Assembly (NCBI GenBank): GCA_002189035.1
Contig: NEEC01000011.1
Location: 2,046,001-2,110,000, forward strand
Source of the DNA: Utricularia gibba
Taxonomy: Eukaryota; Plantae; Magnoliophyta
Direction of reading: 5' to 3'
DNA length: 64,000 nt
This document shows positions 52,502 through 64,000 of the stretch, in pieces (positions within the stretch are counted from its first letter, which is position 1; the number at the start of each line of letters is the position of its first letter). The notes below the pieces were generated by a model. It was given only the letters and a program-made list of their open reading frames with translations. It was not told where the DNA came from and ran no database searches. The translations under genes and the position numbers were made by a program.

Positions 52502-54880
52502 CTAAACCAAATGTTGTTTGGTTACCTCCATTCTCTTGAGCAATGCAGAAACCTCAGACTGCATTCTTATCTTCATCTTGTAATAATCACGGTGAGAATT
52601 CTCCAGGAGCTTCACCTCCTCCATTTTCATCTTGAGCCTTTCCTCAGTCTCCTCCAAACGAAGTTTTGCCATCTTCTCACCGTACTCTTGATCCAACTTG
52701 TCATGTTGCAGCCTCATCAGCCGCTTGTAGCTTTCTATTTCTCTCCGTGCCTCATCGGCTCGATTCTGGAACATTCTTGCTTCTGCCTCTTTGATTCTTA
52801 CAAGGCCATCAAGGCTTTCAAAACCACCTTTTTTAACAGGCTTGACTGACCATTCATCTTCAACTATCTTTTCGTTGTGACCAAGATCAAAAGTCAGTGC
52901 TTCCGCTATGCCATTTTGCTGATGTGCCAAGGGATCTCTTAAAACTGGGGCTGCTGATACTGTTTCTCGCAAGCTATCTGCAGCTGTAAAGCAGAAGAAA
53001 CTCATAAGTTTCTTAGTCATATCAGATATACAAGAGAAATCAATGCACTTACAGTTAAAGAACTGAAAGATGGCATGGCAGACTTCTGGTGCAGTCATCT
53101 TTTTGTTTTGAAGTTTGGTGAGCATTTCATCAGCCATAAAATGCAGTTCTTTCCCTTTTCGATCTCTGCTTCCTTGAAAGATCTTTTTGACGTAATCAAG
53201 CTCTTTTGACAAGGAATCCGCACCCCAATTCTTAGCACAAGACATGAAAACATCCTTGACAAATCCGAACATTTCTGAAGCATGGCCACAGCAGAGGCAG
53301 TGAAACTGCATCTCGGATGTTCCAGATAAAAAGGGGCCAGGTTTAATGAGATTCTTCTGAAGGCCACAAGCAGCATGGCACCAATGAGAACATGTATCAC
53401 AACCAACCCAACTGCAGGTATTGCTTCCACAATCAAAGTTGAAACAAACAGGGCACATGCATTCACTGCAAAATCCCTTCTTTGAGGAACAGATCTTGCA
53501 GTCACAGTCATCAACTGGAAGTAACCTCCGGCAGTTTATGTTTCGGCACCTTTCCAATGAGAAAATCTCAACTAATTCTATCACAGGAAGTTGGTTTCCA
53601 TCATCCAAAAAACTTGATAAACCTATTTTGATTGCAACCAGGATCTCAATATGGGTCTTAGAGCATTTGGAGAGAGCTTCCTTTGTGAGGTCTGATCTCC
53701 TTGCCAGTTTCTTTTGCATGGTGATCAGCTGATCTCTTCTTTGAGGGCTGTCGACCATATTCTTCAGATATTCCTTCAGAGATGCAACCGTTTCATCAGT
53801 AAGCTCCTTCATCATGGAAGACGCTTCAGGAATAGATTCTGAAACGATTTCCCTAAGTATCCTTTCGGGTCTAGAAAGCCTGCCTGCATTGACTACATCC
53901 ATATCATCTGAATCTCTAACGCTCTCCAAATTGGCTCTTGAATCCCCGGACAGTGAATCCATTCTTGGCTTTGCAGGCAACTCAGACGGCAATGCAGAAA
54001 CGTTGTCTGAGTTTGCCACACATTGATCTTTGAACAAGCTGATTCGATTACCAAGCCCCAGAAGCCGGGCATCACCATGATCAGCTAGTGCAACATTCCC
54101 ATCTCCAATTGGTCTAAACCTGCTATGAACTGAACCGTTAGTTCCTTCTCCACAATTCCAAATCTGATCACAGTCATAGTTTTCAGTGGAGTTCTTTGTT
54201 AATGAGCAGCTGGGGTTGTGGGAGATCAGGCGAGAACAAGACTGCGAATGCGAAACCGCAGTGAAATCATTAGAATATGTCATCCTCGTATTATTACAAG
54301 ATGGTCCCAAAGACTGCAAGCTCCTGCTAGGCTTCAAATGGGATGGAAGAGTCGGATTTTGAAACCTGTCGGAACGAGCCAAAGATAGAGAAACATCAGG
54401 GAGAGCCAAGGAAAGATTCAAAGACTCAACCTTGGACTTCTTTAGCCTATTCTCTCCATCAGCTTCCACATTCTCAATATCCCTCTTAGATGAATTGCTT
54501 CTATGACCATTCAACTGAAGGAGACCTCCTTCCAACCAAGCGTTCTTATCTTCATCATTGCGATCCTCGAAAACAACTGCTTCCTTCCCTTTAAACCTTC
54601 CATTCAAAGAAGTTACCATGTTTTGACGGGTATCCTTCTCAAGACCCACAAGTTTCGAATTTTCACAAAGGTAGCTGAGAGTTAACTCCTGGGAGCTTAA
54701 ATTCAGAGCCCTTTTCGAAATTGAGTCAGATTTCTCACCGAAATCACCTATCATTTTAATTTTATCAGCAGAGCCGTGGTGAAGAAAATGAATACCCTTC
54801 TTTGCAGGCTCGATCTTCCCATTTTGGAAGCCTCCGCTGCTCTCCCCACACAATTCCTCTGCATAACTATCACCCACCAT
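52502..54880 (-). CDS. OBE3: OBERON-family PHD protein, OBE3/TITANIA type
   Basis: ELTLSYLCENS, HNPSCSLT..STENYD, WNCGEGTNGSVHSRFRPIGDG, PHD CDCKICS.KKGFCSECMCPVC...SHWCHAACG, C-terminal coiled coil. One 69-nt intron at 53052-52984. Confidence 0.92.
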   Translation of the reverse strand: MVGDSYAEELCGESSGGFQNGKIEPAKKGIHFLHHGSADKIKMIGDFGEKSDSISKRALNLSSQELTLSYLCENSKLVGLEKDTRQNMVTSLNGRFKGKEAVVFEDRNDEDKNAWLEGGLLQLNGHRSNSSKRDIENVEADGENRLKKSKVESLNLSLALPDVSLSLARSDRFQNPTLPSHLKPSRSLQSLGPSCNNTRMTYSNDFTAVSHSQSCSRLISHNPSCSLTKNSTENYDCDQIWNCGEGTNGSVHSRFRPIGDGNVALADHGDARLLGLGNRISLFKDQCVANSDNVSALPSELPAKPRMDSLSGDSRANLESVRDSDDMDVVNAGRLSRPERILREIVSESIPEASSMMKELTDETVASLKEYLKNMVDSPQRRDQLITMQKKLARRSDLTKEALSKCSKTHIEILVAIKIGLSSFLDDGNQLPVIELVEIFSLERCRNINCRRLLPVDDCDCKICSSKKGFCSECMCPVCFNFDCGSNTCSWVGCDTCSHWCHAACGLQKNLIKPGPFLSGTSEMQFHCLCCGHASEMFGFVKDVFMSCAKNWGADSLSKELDYVKKIFQGSRDRKGKELHFMADEMLTKLQNKKMTAPEVCHAIFQFFNCKCIDFSCISDMTKKLMSFFCFTAADSLRETVSAAPVLRDPLAHQQNGIAEALTFDLGHNEKIVEDEWSVKPVKKGGFESLDGLVRIKEAEARMFQNRADEARREIESYKRLMRLQHDKLDQEYGEKMAKLRLEETEERLKMKMEEVKLLENSHRDYYKMKIRMQSEVSALLKRMEVTKQHLV

Positions 54881-55645
54881 CTCAACAACCTACCCTTAAA
54901 CCTTCTGCACAGACTGAAAATAAATAAAGAAAGAGAAAGCCAAAGAAGATCTAAGAAACGTGGGCAAGCCCCAAAATCGGAGAAAATATAGGGAAGGAGA
55001 AAAAAAACCGAGTGCTTTGACTCCAGGGCCAACCCGCCCCCTTCCCTTCAAAGCAAATCTGTATAGGGCAAGTTGCAACGGCCGAATCCTATTTCTTTGA
55101 CTCGAAGATGTGTAATAACGCGTTGGCTAGATAATTGGGTGTACAAGAATGGCCTTTGAATTTGTCAATGCGTCCGAATGATGAGTGACCCTCGTGGTCC
55201 AAAAGACCCGCTTTCTCCATCTCAGCAATTTCCCAGTTTTCCGATGTTCACATGCTGCATACCCCATCTTTTCTTTTGCCCATCTTTGAGTTTACAACAC
55301 GACTTTTGATGGTATCAGAATATTATGTATTTTGGGGGAGCTTTTTGGAGGGAGTATGGATCAGAAGTTGCAAAAAATATATATTTACAAAGAAACAAGA
55401 AAAAAAAATACAGAGGTTTCCGATGACCAAACAAATAGATATATAGCTAGTCCGAATTTTCGACTGAGAAGTCTCTGAAGCAACAGAAAGTGAAGAAGCA
55501 AAGACTATCCCTTCATCATCTAGAGAAGAAGCAGCGATCATCTCATGCTGATCTCTAACGCTTTGACAACTCTATTGCATATCATAAACCGAAGTTCATG
55601 ATGACACTCCCAAGAAAATGGCAGCCACTGGTTTCAAGTGGTTCA

Positions 55646-56353
55646 TCAAAGTTTGAGGTTTAGATCAGGGATGGAAGATGGAGGAGTGGGTGAGGTTGTG
55701 GAGACCATAGCTATATAAGAAGCATGGTGAGAATTCAGGCTGAGATTTTCTGGCAGGTCTCCGACTTGCCGGAAGCTTCCCGGCCATAAAAGTTTATAGT
55801 CATCGCATTCCATATATTGGGGAACACCAATGTAGCCATGGCGTTCAGGAAGTCCAGCTTCCTTTCTGATCCAATGCATATTAGGCCCCTCATAAGTCTG
55901 AAATACTGGTTGGTGCACCGAGCCATGAGCATCGATGCCAAGAGATCGAAAAGGGACTCCATGGATTGGGAGAGAAGGCACAGAAGGGTATCTCTCTGAG
56001 ATCATGCCAAATCTCATGGCCCTCTTGGCTATTGACCTCTCTCTTTTGTGTGCGTTCTGGTGCCCTCCCAAGGCCTGAGAACTATAAAATTTTCTTCCAC
56101 AGTAGTTGCAAGAGAAAACCCGGGAAGGCCGTGCAGGATGGTCACCTGTGGAAGTGGAATCCTCACCAGTTTCTGCCTCTGGCATTGTCATGCCAAGGGT
56201 TAGATCTAGTTTGACAGTGTGGGTGGCACCCTGCTTATGGTTTGAGGAATCCTCCAGGGCCTTGCTTTCTTCTTGGGCAGATGCATTCGAGCTTAAGACT
56301 TGACTGCTCACTTCTGATTCATCTTCCGACTCGATGATCACATTTGGAGACAT
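55646..56353 (-). CDS. Single C2H2 zinc-finger protein (ZFP4/GIS-like) with EAR-like motifs
   Basis: FSCNYCGRKFYSSQALGGHQNAHKRER; N-terminal LDLTL and C-terminal PDLNLKL. Confidence 0.92.
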   Translation of the reverse strand: MSPNVIIESEDESEVSSQVLSSNASAQEESKALEDSSNHKQGATHTVKLDLTLGMTMPEAETGEDSTSTGDHPARPSRVFSCNYCGRKFYSSQALGGHQNAHKRERSIAKRAMRFGMISERYPSVPSLPIHGVPFRSLGIDAHGSVHQPVFQTYEGPNMHWIRKEAGLPERHGYIGVPQYMECDDYKLLWPGSFRQVGDLPENLSLNSHHASYIAMVSTTSPTPPSSIPDLNLKL

Positions 56354-59300
56354 CCTGCAGGGACTTCAGAGCTGTTCCTGCAGGCCATGAGTCAAATGAG
56401 AGAAATCCCATCAAATCAGGCAGAAAAAGTTAGCATAGGATTCCTCAGAGACCTTGTGATCTACAAGTCAATTTTGGTAGTCTGTGTATAAAATTGAAAG
56501 ACCAAACATTTCAAAAGAATTTCAGGATCATGTGGTTGTCTTTGGAATCAAGAAAATTCAAATAAGTCATTGTGCAAGGGCCTTTCATTTCCAAAGAAAT
56601 GCTGATGTTGTGGAGATTCGCATATTTCTTTTACAGCTTCTAGAGATTTGCAATCTAAAGTATCGAGAATTTCCCAAAAAACGCATCTGTTCATAAGATT
56701 GGTTGCTTTTGTAGTCTTGCAGAACACATCAGATCATGAATCCTGCTCTCCTCACTCAAAGTGGATGCAACAAAACTAGTTCCTAACCGGAAAATGAACC
56801 CAGGAGCCCGGAAAAGCATCACCCATGGGAAAAAAACACACACACAAACATGGTGACTGCCAAAAAGAAGATCATATACAACAGATTATGTGAATTCATC
56901 TCATCGGCAGAAAAAACTATATAGATGTATATATGAGCGATGATCACAATAGAGGTAATAGAGAAGAGGGAGGCTATAAACAAACCAAGAAAACAACTTA
57001 ACATCCAGCTGAGATACCTTGAACCCAGGTTCAGATTTGAAAAGACAGGTTGTGAAGGCTGCTTGTTTTGCCAAAAATAGTTGAAAAAACGAAGAAACGA
57101 GATGTAGATAAGACCATTGTGTGTGAGAGAGAGCGAAGGGGGAGAATAAAAGGACAAGAGAGAGAGTGAGGGAGAAAGGTAGAAGGTGGTGGGATGTCAG
57201 ATGACTCAGAAACAAATCAATATTACGCAGCGACAGGAGGGGCTACAAGTGTTTGGGCTCTTTTAACTGCTATAAGCATTATACTAATGTGCGCACTTCA
57301 GCTGACAGCCATAACCAAAGCAAAGTCAAGAATAAGTTAAAAGAGTACCCCAACGCGCAAGTCCCACTTCGCACAGTAACCAAGTGCTTCTTTCTGCCTT
57401 CGATGTATCTGGAGACTGTATTGCACTCTCAGAAACCATGACTTCCTCGAATGGACGAACAATAGTAGCCTAGATGCAGACCCTTCTTCCCTCTTTGTCG
57501 TTTTCACAACAATGACTGTTTGGAAAAAAGAAAAGGTTCGATCTTTAACGCATATTTTATAGAGATTTCAAGCTAGACGCAAGCAACCAAATGCATCCAA
57601 CCTTGTATGTGTTTTTTTTTTTTAATATCAGAAACAGTTTGCGAAGAAACTTCAATCATTCATATGAAAGTGGGCGTCGGACAACAAATGACTACCCATC
57701 ACCTCTTCCCATACTCCACCACCGCAGGACATGCCCTTTTTTTATAGCGCAATAATGAGAAACTGGCCCCTTTTCCAGCCACACTCCGCAGGTTCAAGAA
57801 ATTGAATCTCCCCCCACTCAAATATTTCACTTCTTCCTACGGGGAAACATCTCTGAATCACTTCCCACTCCGGACCCATCAGTCTTTTCAAAACCCTGTA
57901 CCAGTTTCGTGACTTTTTATCTCCTCTCTCTCAACAGCCAGTTCATTTGCAACCAGACCAACCAATACCTGCGATACACAGCTCAATAAATACACAGGGT
58001 ATGGGCAGCAGATCCACAACCCAGACGACTCCTAGGCATCATCACCATCACCATCCACCCATCTGCGAGGAAGCCGAGCTGGGAATCATATTATATGATT
58101 AAACTTTAAAGGGCATCTGCAGCAGCAGCCGCAGCAGCAGGAGCTTTCTAGATCCTTTGATGAACAGGAGAAATGCTCGACTCCATTATTGAGATGGCTT
58201 TTGGTTGGCAACACTCGGCCGCTAATTGCGGGATTAAGCCGACATTATCCTAAATCAATCCAATCAGCAACAGGGTTCCAGGACACAACTGCGATTAAGT
58301 ATTTGGTAGTGGGGGGGCGATGACGTCACTGTCAATGTCCATACCCACACAGCTCCACTAACCCTATAAACCTATATTTTATTACTCCCGTGGGGCCCAC
58401 AGTTTTAGTGCCTAGTGGTGAACTTATAAGAAACACTCACTATACTCTGACAGATGTTACTATGTTTTTTTCTTTAAAGTTCTTGAACATGAATGATTAA
58501 GAGAGAGAATGAGTGGAGGCCCATTTTATATTGGGCCTCCACAAATGGAAGCCCATTACTCAGTCAACATTAGAAAAAAATATTCTTGATTTTTTTGATT
58601 CCCAAAAACCTAATTTTTTTTTGAAGATGAATTCAATTCAATTGTTTAATTTAATCATAAGTTTGAATTTAATTTCTTTTTTATAATATATTGACTTTTT
58701 TTTAAACTAACATATCATTAAAACGATTAGATTAAATTTGAATCGTTTTAAAAAAATAAATAAATCATGATTTAATCATCGTTTGATCACAATTCAACAA
58801 GAATTTGATCATGATTTGATATTTTTCACAAGAAAAATATTAAACAATGAAAAATTTAATCATGATTTGAATTACGGATGAATCCTTCAAATCGCATATT
58901 TTTTGTATAAACGGTTAATGGTTTTTTTGATGATTTAAAACATTATGGGTTTAATCATCTTCATTTCTTTTCAATTATGTTTATTATGATATAATTTTTT
59001 TAAAAAAAATAAAAATCCTTATCTAATTTCTAATTTCATTTTTTTTATCAATTTTAAAAAATCATTTAATCAGATTAAAATTTTTCGTTTGAGCTCAGAG
59101 GTGACCGGTGCGCATGATTATGTGATCATTTTGTATGCTTTGTGTTTTCAAGTTATCTTCTTGCACTTTGTATTGAAGCAGGAGCGAAGAGCTACCAGAA
59201 ATGATCCTTTGTGAAAAGGACGGATTTTTTATGACGAAAGCCATTTGCCATTGCCGTCAAGTTGCATAGAGGACGGTGAATCCTATAGTGCTCCGAAGGT

Positions 59301-59640
59301 CACTCTTGTTGTCACACAATGTCAGCCCGGAAGAGTGGTGTAAAGCCAGTGATCCGGAGAGTTGCTGCCGGTGGTCTCAAGAAGTTCGTCGGTGCCTGGG
59401 GGGAGACATTGAATTGGCTTCAGATATCCAGATGATTTCGATGCCTGTTTCATGGATGATCGAATGCCTGGAACGGATGTTGTGAGTTCCGAGCAGAGGA
59501 ATGGATAAAAATGGCGGAACACTGGTGTGAGATGGGTGGTAAATGTAATTATTTTATGGAGTTTTTGTAATGGAGTGAATACTGTGATAAAAATCTGGTG
59601 GACGGGAAGATGCTGCTCACTCGGCTCTGGTTTTCTTGGG

Positions 59641-59794
59641 TCTTCTCTCTCCCCCACCGTCCCTCTCCCCCTACCCATCTCTCTCCTCTCTCCACTTTCT
59701 CTCTCTCTTCCGGAACGGGGAAAAAGATCTAAAACTAAAGGGGCTGATTACGAGTCAGTACTCCTCTCTCTCTTGTCTGATTTGTCTCTCTCTT
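59641..59794 (+). promoter_or_regulatory. CT/GA-rich leader of BPC
   Basis: Runs such as CTCTCTCC, TTTCTCTCTCTCTTCC and CTCTCTCTCTT upstream of the BPC coding exon. Confidence 0.45.
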
Positions 59795-60354
59795 TGAGAA
59801 GTTCACTTTGCTTTTTATATCTGTATTTTCCCAGTTTCTGGATGTTCATGACGGTGGATTTCTTGGAAATGTTTCGATTTTTCAGCATGCCATTGTTTTA
59901 AATTGCGATTGCAGATCTGGATTTGTGTTTTAGATCGGTTGCGTAATGTCAAAGATCCGATTTTTCTTTTAATTGGGTTTTGTGGAATCAAACCCTTGTG
60001 TATCTTCGTGTGGGATTAGTGTTTGTAGCTTGTCTCATGCTTGTGGTTTTCGGATCTGAAGAGATGTATGATTCGGGATTTCATCAAAAATCGCGGTGCA
60101 TTACTCGGACTTGTATTAGGTTTTGGTCGAAGGGTGTTGGTTCTTGTTCAGACAATGCAAGATTGTTCCTTCCATTTGGATCTATATTCATGTTTTATTT
60201 GTGTTCTATTGTTAAGTGGAGTCAGCATGGCGTGTTCTTCAACTCAAGCATTGATTCCATTGTTAACTGCTTACACAGTTCTGGTTTTTCTGAATGATAT
60301 TTGGAAGCTTGATTGTTTATTCTTCCACTGCTGCCTGTTTGTGCCATAGATTAA

Positions 60355-61197
60355 ATGGACGAAGACAGTTTGAGGAACTGGGGTTATTATGAACCTCCCC
60401 TTAAGGGTCATCTTGGGCTTCAGCTCATGTCTTCTGTAATGGAGCGTGACACAAAGCCCTTTCTCTCTGGTAGGGATAACCCGGCTGCGGTTTCATCCAA
60501 TGGAGGGGCGTTTACACGTGATTATATCGTCACAGAGCCACCCTTGTCCAACATTGATTATGTCCGGGATAGCTGGATAAACCACAGAGAGAAGTTTTTG
60601 CATATGTTACCTGGAAATGGTTACAGCTCTCTGCTTGCTGAGCCATCTGGCTCGCACCATTCAGTGCAGATGGTGCACCAGCCTGAGGCCAATAAAGAAA
60701 TTATGCGTGATGTTGAAGGGCCAGCGCCTAAGAAAGAAAGTAGTGCTACCAAAAGGGGTACCCCTGCTGCAGCTCCAAAAACTGTGAAGGCAAAGAAACC
60801 AAAGAAAGGCCCTGGTCCAAAGGAGAACGTCAATGCCTCTGTGCAGCGAGCAAAGTCAGTGAAAAGGACTGTGGAGGTTAGTATTAATGGGGTTGATATG
60901 GATATCACTGGTATACCGATTCCTGTTTGTACGTGCACCGGGACTCCCCAACAGTGCTACCGATGGGGATGTGGAGGTTGGCAGTCTGCCTGCTGCACCA
61001 CAACCATATCAATGCATCCATTGCCCATGAGCACCAAAAGAAAAGGAGCAAGAATTCCTGGACGAAAAATGAGTCAGGGTGCTTTCAAGAAAGTCCTTGA
61101 GAAACTTGCTTCTGAAGACTATGACTTTAGTAACCCCATTGACCTGAGGACTTACTGGGCGAAACATGGTACCAACAAGTTTGTTGTGATCAGGTAG
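60355..61197 (+). CDS. BPC: BASIC PENTACYSTEINE / BBR GAGA-binding factor, class I
   Basis: RNWGYYEP..KGHLGLQLMSS; C-terminal domain PIPVCTCTGTPQQCYRWGCGGWQSACCTT...WAKHGTNKFVVIR. Confidence 0.96.
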   Translation: MDEDSLRNWGYYEPPLKGHLGLQLMSSVMERDTKPFLSGRDNPAAVSSNGGAFTRDYIVTEPPLSNIDYVRDSWINHREKFLHMLPGNGYSSLLAEPSGSHHSVQMVHQPEANKEIMRDVEGPAPKKESSATKRGTPAAAPKTVKAKKPKKGPGPKENVNASVQRAKSVKRTVEVSINGVDMDITGIPIPVCTCTGTPQQCYRWGCGGWQSACCTTTISMHPLPMSTKRKGARIPGRKMSQGAFKKVLEKLASEDYDFSNPIDLRTYWAKHGTNKFVVIR

Positions 61198-61532
61198 ATT
61201 TGGCAAGCATTTATGTGCCATATTTGATTGGCACCCATGCACTTCTGTTGTTTCTGTTTATTAGTCGGTACTTCGTAGACCCTCTTGTTCAAGATGCATG
61301 TTTCAAGTTCATGCCTGTTGTAGGCCGCGCGTAACCCATAAATCATTTCCTTGTGTAGGATTAATTTTATGGTCATCTTGTGCTCTGAGCACTGTGTTAG
61401 TTTTGGATTCTTGTTTGATATCATGATTTTGCTAATAACAATTTAGCAGTTGTTTTGGAGGCTATACAACACAGACAAGTCCTAACAAAGAATTCGAGCT
61501 TGGTAAGGCAAAGTAAGACAAACTTTTTAGTT

Positions 61533-62606
61533 CTACAGGATGATCAAATCCTGAAGTTCATGAATCGTGGAAGCCCCTGCATGTGAACTCCCTGGGTTCA
61601 TGTCCTCATCAAACTTCTCCCATTCCTCTCTGATTACTGTTGTTAGGTGATCTTCATGGGGATACTTGTCCCCTTCAATCCCTTCCCTGTCTGCAGGTTC
61701 TGCCTCTTGCACAGTCATCTGCAGTTTTGATTCATCCGAGTGGAGCTCATTGGAGTGATTTTCGATGATTTGCCTTAGTTCTTGGATCCCTTGTTCTGGT
61801 ACCTTGTCGATGGTGCATATTTCAGATGCTTTTACTCCGATCTTTTCACAGAATTCCATGTAGGAAATGAAGTCATCAACTTGTTTGGTGGCCTTGAGCA
61901 TGATCTTGAGGGCTAATTTGGCCTCATCTTTGCTAGCAGAATGAATGTTCATCAAAACAGCATTTAACCCTCTGCAAACCCGAGCATGAAGATCGGAAAT
62001 CTCGATGATTATCGCATCCATAACATCCAGAATCATCGGAATCAAAGCAGCTCTCGCCTTGGGCTTGATGTTCAGGAGCAAATCAATCAGACCCTGAAAT
62101 TTCTCAGCCAAAATCAGCTCACGCATCACCGCATTCCCCTTCTCCCCCACACCCTGAAAAAGGACAACCGATTTCTGATCAAGAAATGCGTAGTAGCCTC
62201 TAATGAAGTTGCTGAATGGCCAGTCCCTATCACGAGCCGAGCGCCCATCTCTAAAACAAGACAAATCGACGGGCAGCCTGCCAATTTTCCGGACGCAGGG
62301 GAAGTTGGAGGTGATCAATACGTGGAGGAGATAGAGCCCTTTGAGGGCAACGATCCAATCCGTTGTCTTTTCCATGCGAAAGGAGATCGCCCAGAGAACG
62401 GGCTTGAGATTCGCCGGAGAAATGGCCAGCCATTCTCGGACGCGGTCGATGCGAGGGTAGTTGAAGAAGAGGCCGTTGTGGGATGTCGCGCGAATGACGG
62501 CTTTTTCGATGTCGGGGTCGCGGATCGTGGAACGGGGCGTGGCGTTGGCGAGCCAGAGGCTGTTTTTGTCCTTCAAAGCTCCGGCGGCCCTCCTCCACAG
62601 CCTCAT
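61533..62606 (-). CDS. ANTH-domain putative clathrin assembly protein (At1g25240-like)
   Basis: MRLWRRAAGALKD, IEKAVIRATSH, WIVALKGL.LLH, FIRGYYAFLD. First ATG is at 62606; the track start at 62672 is GTG. Confidence 0.9.
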   Translation of the reverse strand: MRLWRRAAGALKDKNSLWLANATPRSTIRDPDIEKAVIRATSHNGLFFNYPRIDRVREWLAISPANLKPVLWAISFRMEKTTDWIVALKGLYLLHVLITSNFPCVRKIGRLPVDLSCFRDGRSARDRDWPFSNFIRGYYAFLDQKSVVLFQGVGEKGNAVMRELILAEKFQGLIDLLLNIKPKARAALIPMILDVMDAIIIEISDLHARVCRGLNAVLMNIHSASKDEAKLALKIMLKATKQVDDFISYMEFCEKIGVKASEICTIDKVPEQGIQELRQIIENHSNELHSDESKLQMTVQEAEPADREGIEGDKYPHEDHLTTVIREEWEKFDEDMNPGSSHAGASTIHELQDLIIL

Positions 62607-62931
62607 TCTCCAACCGCGGGCTCCGGTAACGTCAACCTTTTGCTTTGCCTCCTTTCGTTCTTCGGGATTCACTTGTTATGGCATGGGGCTGATATTAAAA
62701 ATAAAATATATATAATCATTTACCACATTTATTTAAAAATAAATTTTTGAAAATGAGAAATAAATAATAATTAATAATTAGGTATTTTGAGGCCCAGGGA
62801 AAAAAAAAAGTTCGCCGCCGTTGTGGGGTGGGCCGGTCGTGGCCCCTCAGCGCTCTGTGGATTTTTTTTTCTCGAATATAAAAAATAAATAAATAAGGTG
62901 ATGGAGTTTGAGATGAAAAGTGGCCGTTCCG

Positions 62932-64000
62932 ATGCCGGGAGGCTACTATCCGGCAACTGTCGCCGGCGTTGCCCGAGCTACGGCGGTGTCAGTTTTTCTG
63001 TTCCTTGGGTTTTATTCCTTCCTTCTCTACAGAGCTGCTGATTCCATCGGCTTCTACGGTTCATCTCACATTCGCACCCTGAGAGTAGATAGCGACCGTT
63101 GCCCTTACCTGGTGAGCTTACTTTTTTCCCTAGGATTTGTTTCTGTATCTATAATATTGTGTATACTGTGTAATAGAGTGTTCTTTTTGCTACAAGGATA
63201 TTTTTTCTCCTTGTGCTTGAAAGGATGATAGTTATGCTACGGATGATCTCGTTTTCTGGTGATCTAACTAGTTTTCCAATTTGATTTCTTTTCCTATCGT
63301 CATGTTGCTACAATGCTCGGTTTATGATGAAATTTGGTGATAGCTTTGATGCTTGTCGGAACAAATAGCGTGCTCGTACTAGAAAGACAGCTTAGACTGA
63401 GCGATTAGGGCAGCCTGAGTTTTTGGGGATTTGAGATGCTGTGTACTGGCCATAAAATTTTTTGTGTAGCTCTTTTGCGACATTAAGCAGCCATTCCGTA
63501 TTTGTAATCCACATATTACTAACGTTGATTCATAAAGCGCTTGTGGGATGTTTGCATGCGATGCCATGAGAATATCAGAAGTTTCTGTAAAACGTGGTTG
63601 ATTTCTTCACTGTTTTGTAGGACAGAGATAAATGCAGTCTTCGAAGAGTTTTACTGGATGCATCTATGCCAGAAAAGACTGTGATACTGACAACGCTCAA
63701 TGAAGCTTGGGCAGGCCCTGATTCACTTTTTGATCTTTTTCTTGAGAGCTTCAGAATCGGGAAGGGTACTCGCCATCTGCTAAATCATTTGGTGATCATT
63801 GCGTTGGATGAAGGGGCATTTTTCCATTGCACTGCAGTGCACACCTATTGCTATGCTCTCATTACTGAGGACGTTGACTTTTCACATGAGGCTTATTTCA
63901 TGACATCAGAATACCTGAAGATGATGTGGAGAAGGATCGATTTCCTAAGATCTGTTCTGGAAATGGGCTTCAACTTTGTCTTCACGGTGCGGTTTCGTTT
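62932..64000 (+). CDS. Nucleotide-diphospho-sugar transferase family protein, 3'-truncated by the window edge
   Basis: Exon 1 has a type-II anchor (AVSVFLFLGFYSFLLYRAADS) and ends CPYL|gt. Exon 2 from 63621 reads LRRVL.DASM.EKTVILTTLNEAWAGP.SLFDLFLESFRIG...YLKMMWRRIDFLRSVLEMGFNFVFT. Confidence 0.9.

Noticed and set aside
57704-57725. TCTTCCCATACTCCACC resembles miR482/2118
   Set aside because: No complementary arm nearby, so no hairpin.
61986-62750. Long antisense ORFs over ANTH, and likewise over DUF538 (9023-9592), CML (45627-46112) and the GTE copies
   Set aside because: They are in-register shadows of GC-rich coding strands with no independent start, splice or motif evidence.

Overview
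Gene-dense plant (eudicot) nuclear DNA: about 25 protein-coding genes in 64 kb (roughly one per 2.6 kb), short introns and AT-rich spacers. In order: WAT1/UMAMIT (partial), ECHIDNA/TVP23, alkaline/neutral invertase, DUF538, atypical bHLH, PLS-class PPR, an At1g70780-like gene with a 35-aa uORF, TMEM214-like, MyoB myosin receptor, cytosolic PGM, two tandem PLAC8/PCR genes, JAZ, caleosin, two GTE-like bromodomain genes, CML, an uncharacterised plastid-targeted protein, MED27, cytochrome b561, OBE3, C2H2 ZFP, BPC, ANTH protein, and a nucleotide-diphospho-sugar transferase (partial). The most striking structure is an apparently perfect 2,006-bp inverted duplication (40367-42372 / 42490-44495, 117-bp spacer). 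It holds two head-to-head copies of a minimal GTE gene whose bromodomain lacks about 11 ZA-loop residues and which has no visible ET domain; only the left copy keeps a TATA box. Other highlights: six 24-aa acidic repeats inside MyoB, a tandem duplication that left a Jas-deleted JAZ remnant, a JAZ whose Jas-intron splice gives a stop as assembled, a triplicated stop-codon region, a GC-AG intron and an in-frame intron. Several conserved genes have 1-bp indels in homopolymer runs, which suggests residual long-read errors, so frameshift-based claims need read-level checking. All calls come from reading the sequence and recalling family motifs; no database searches were run.
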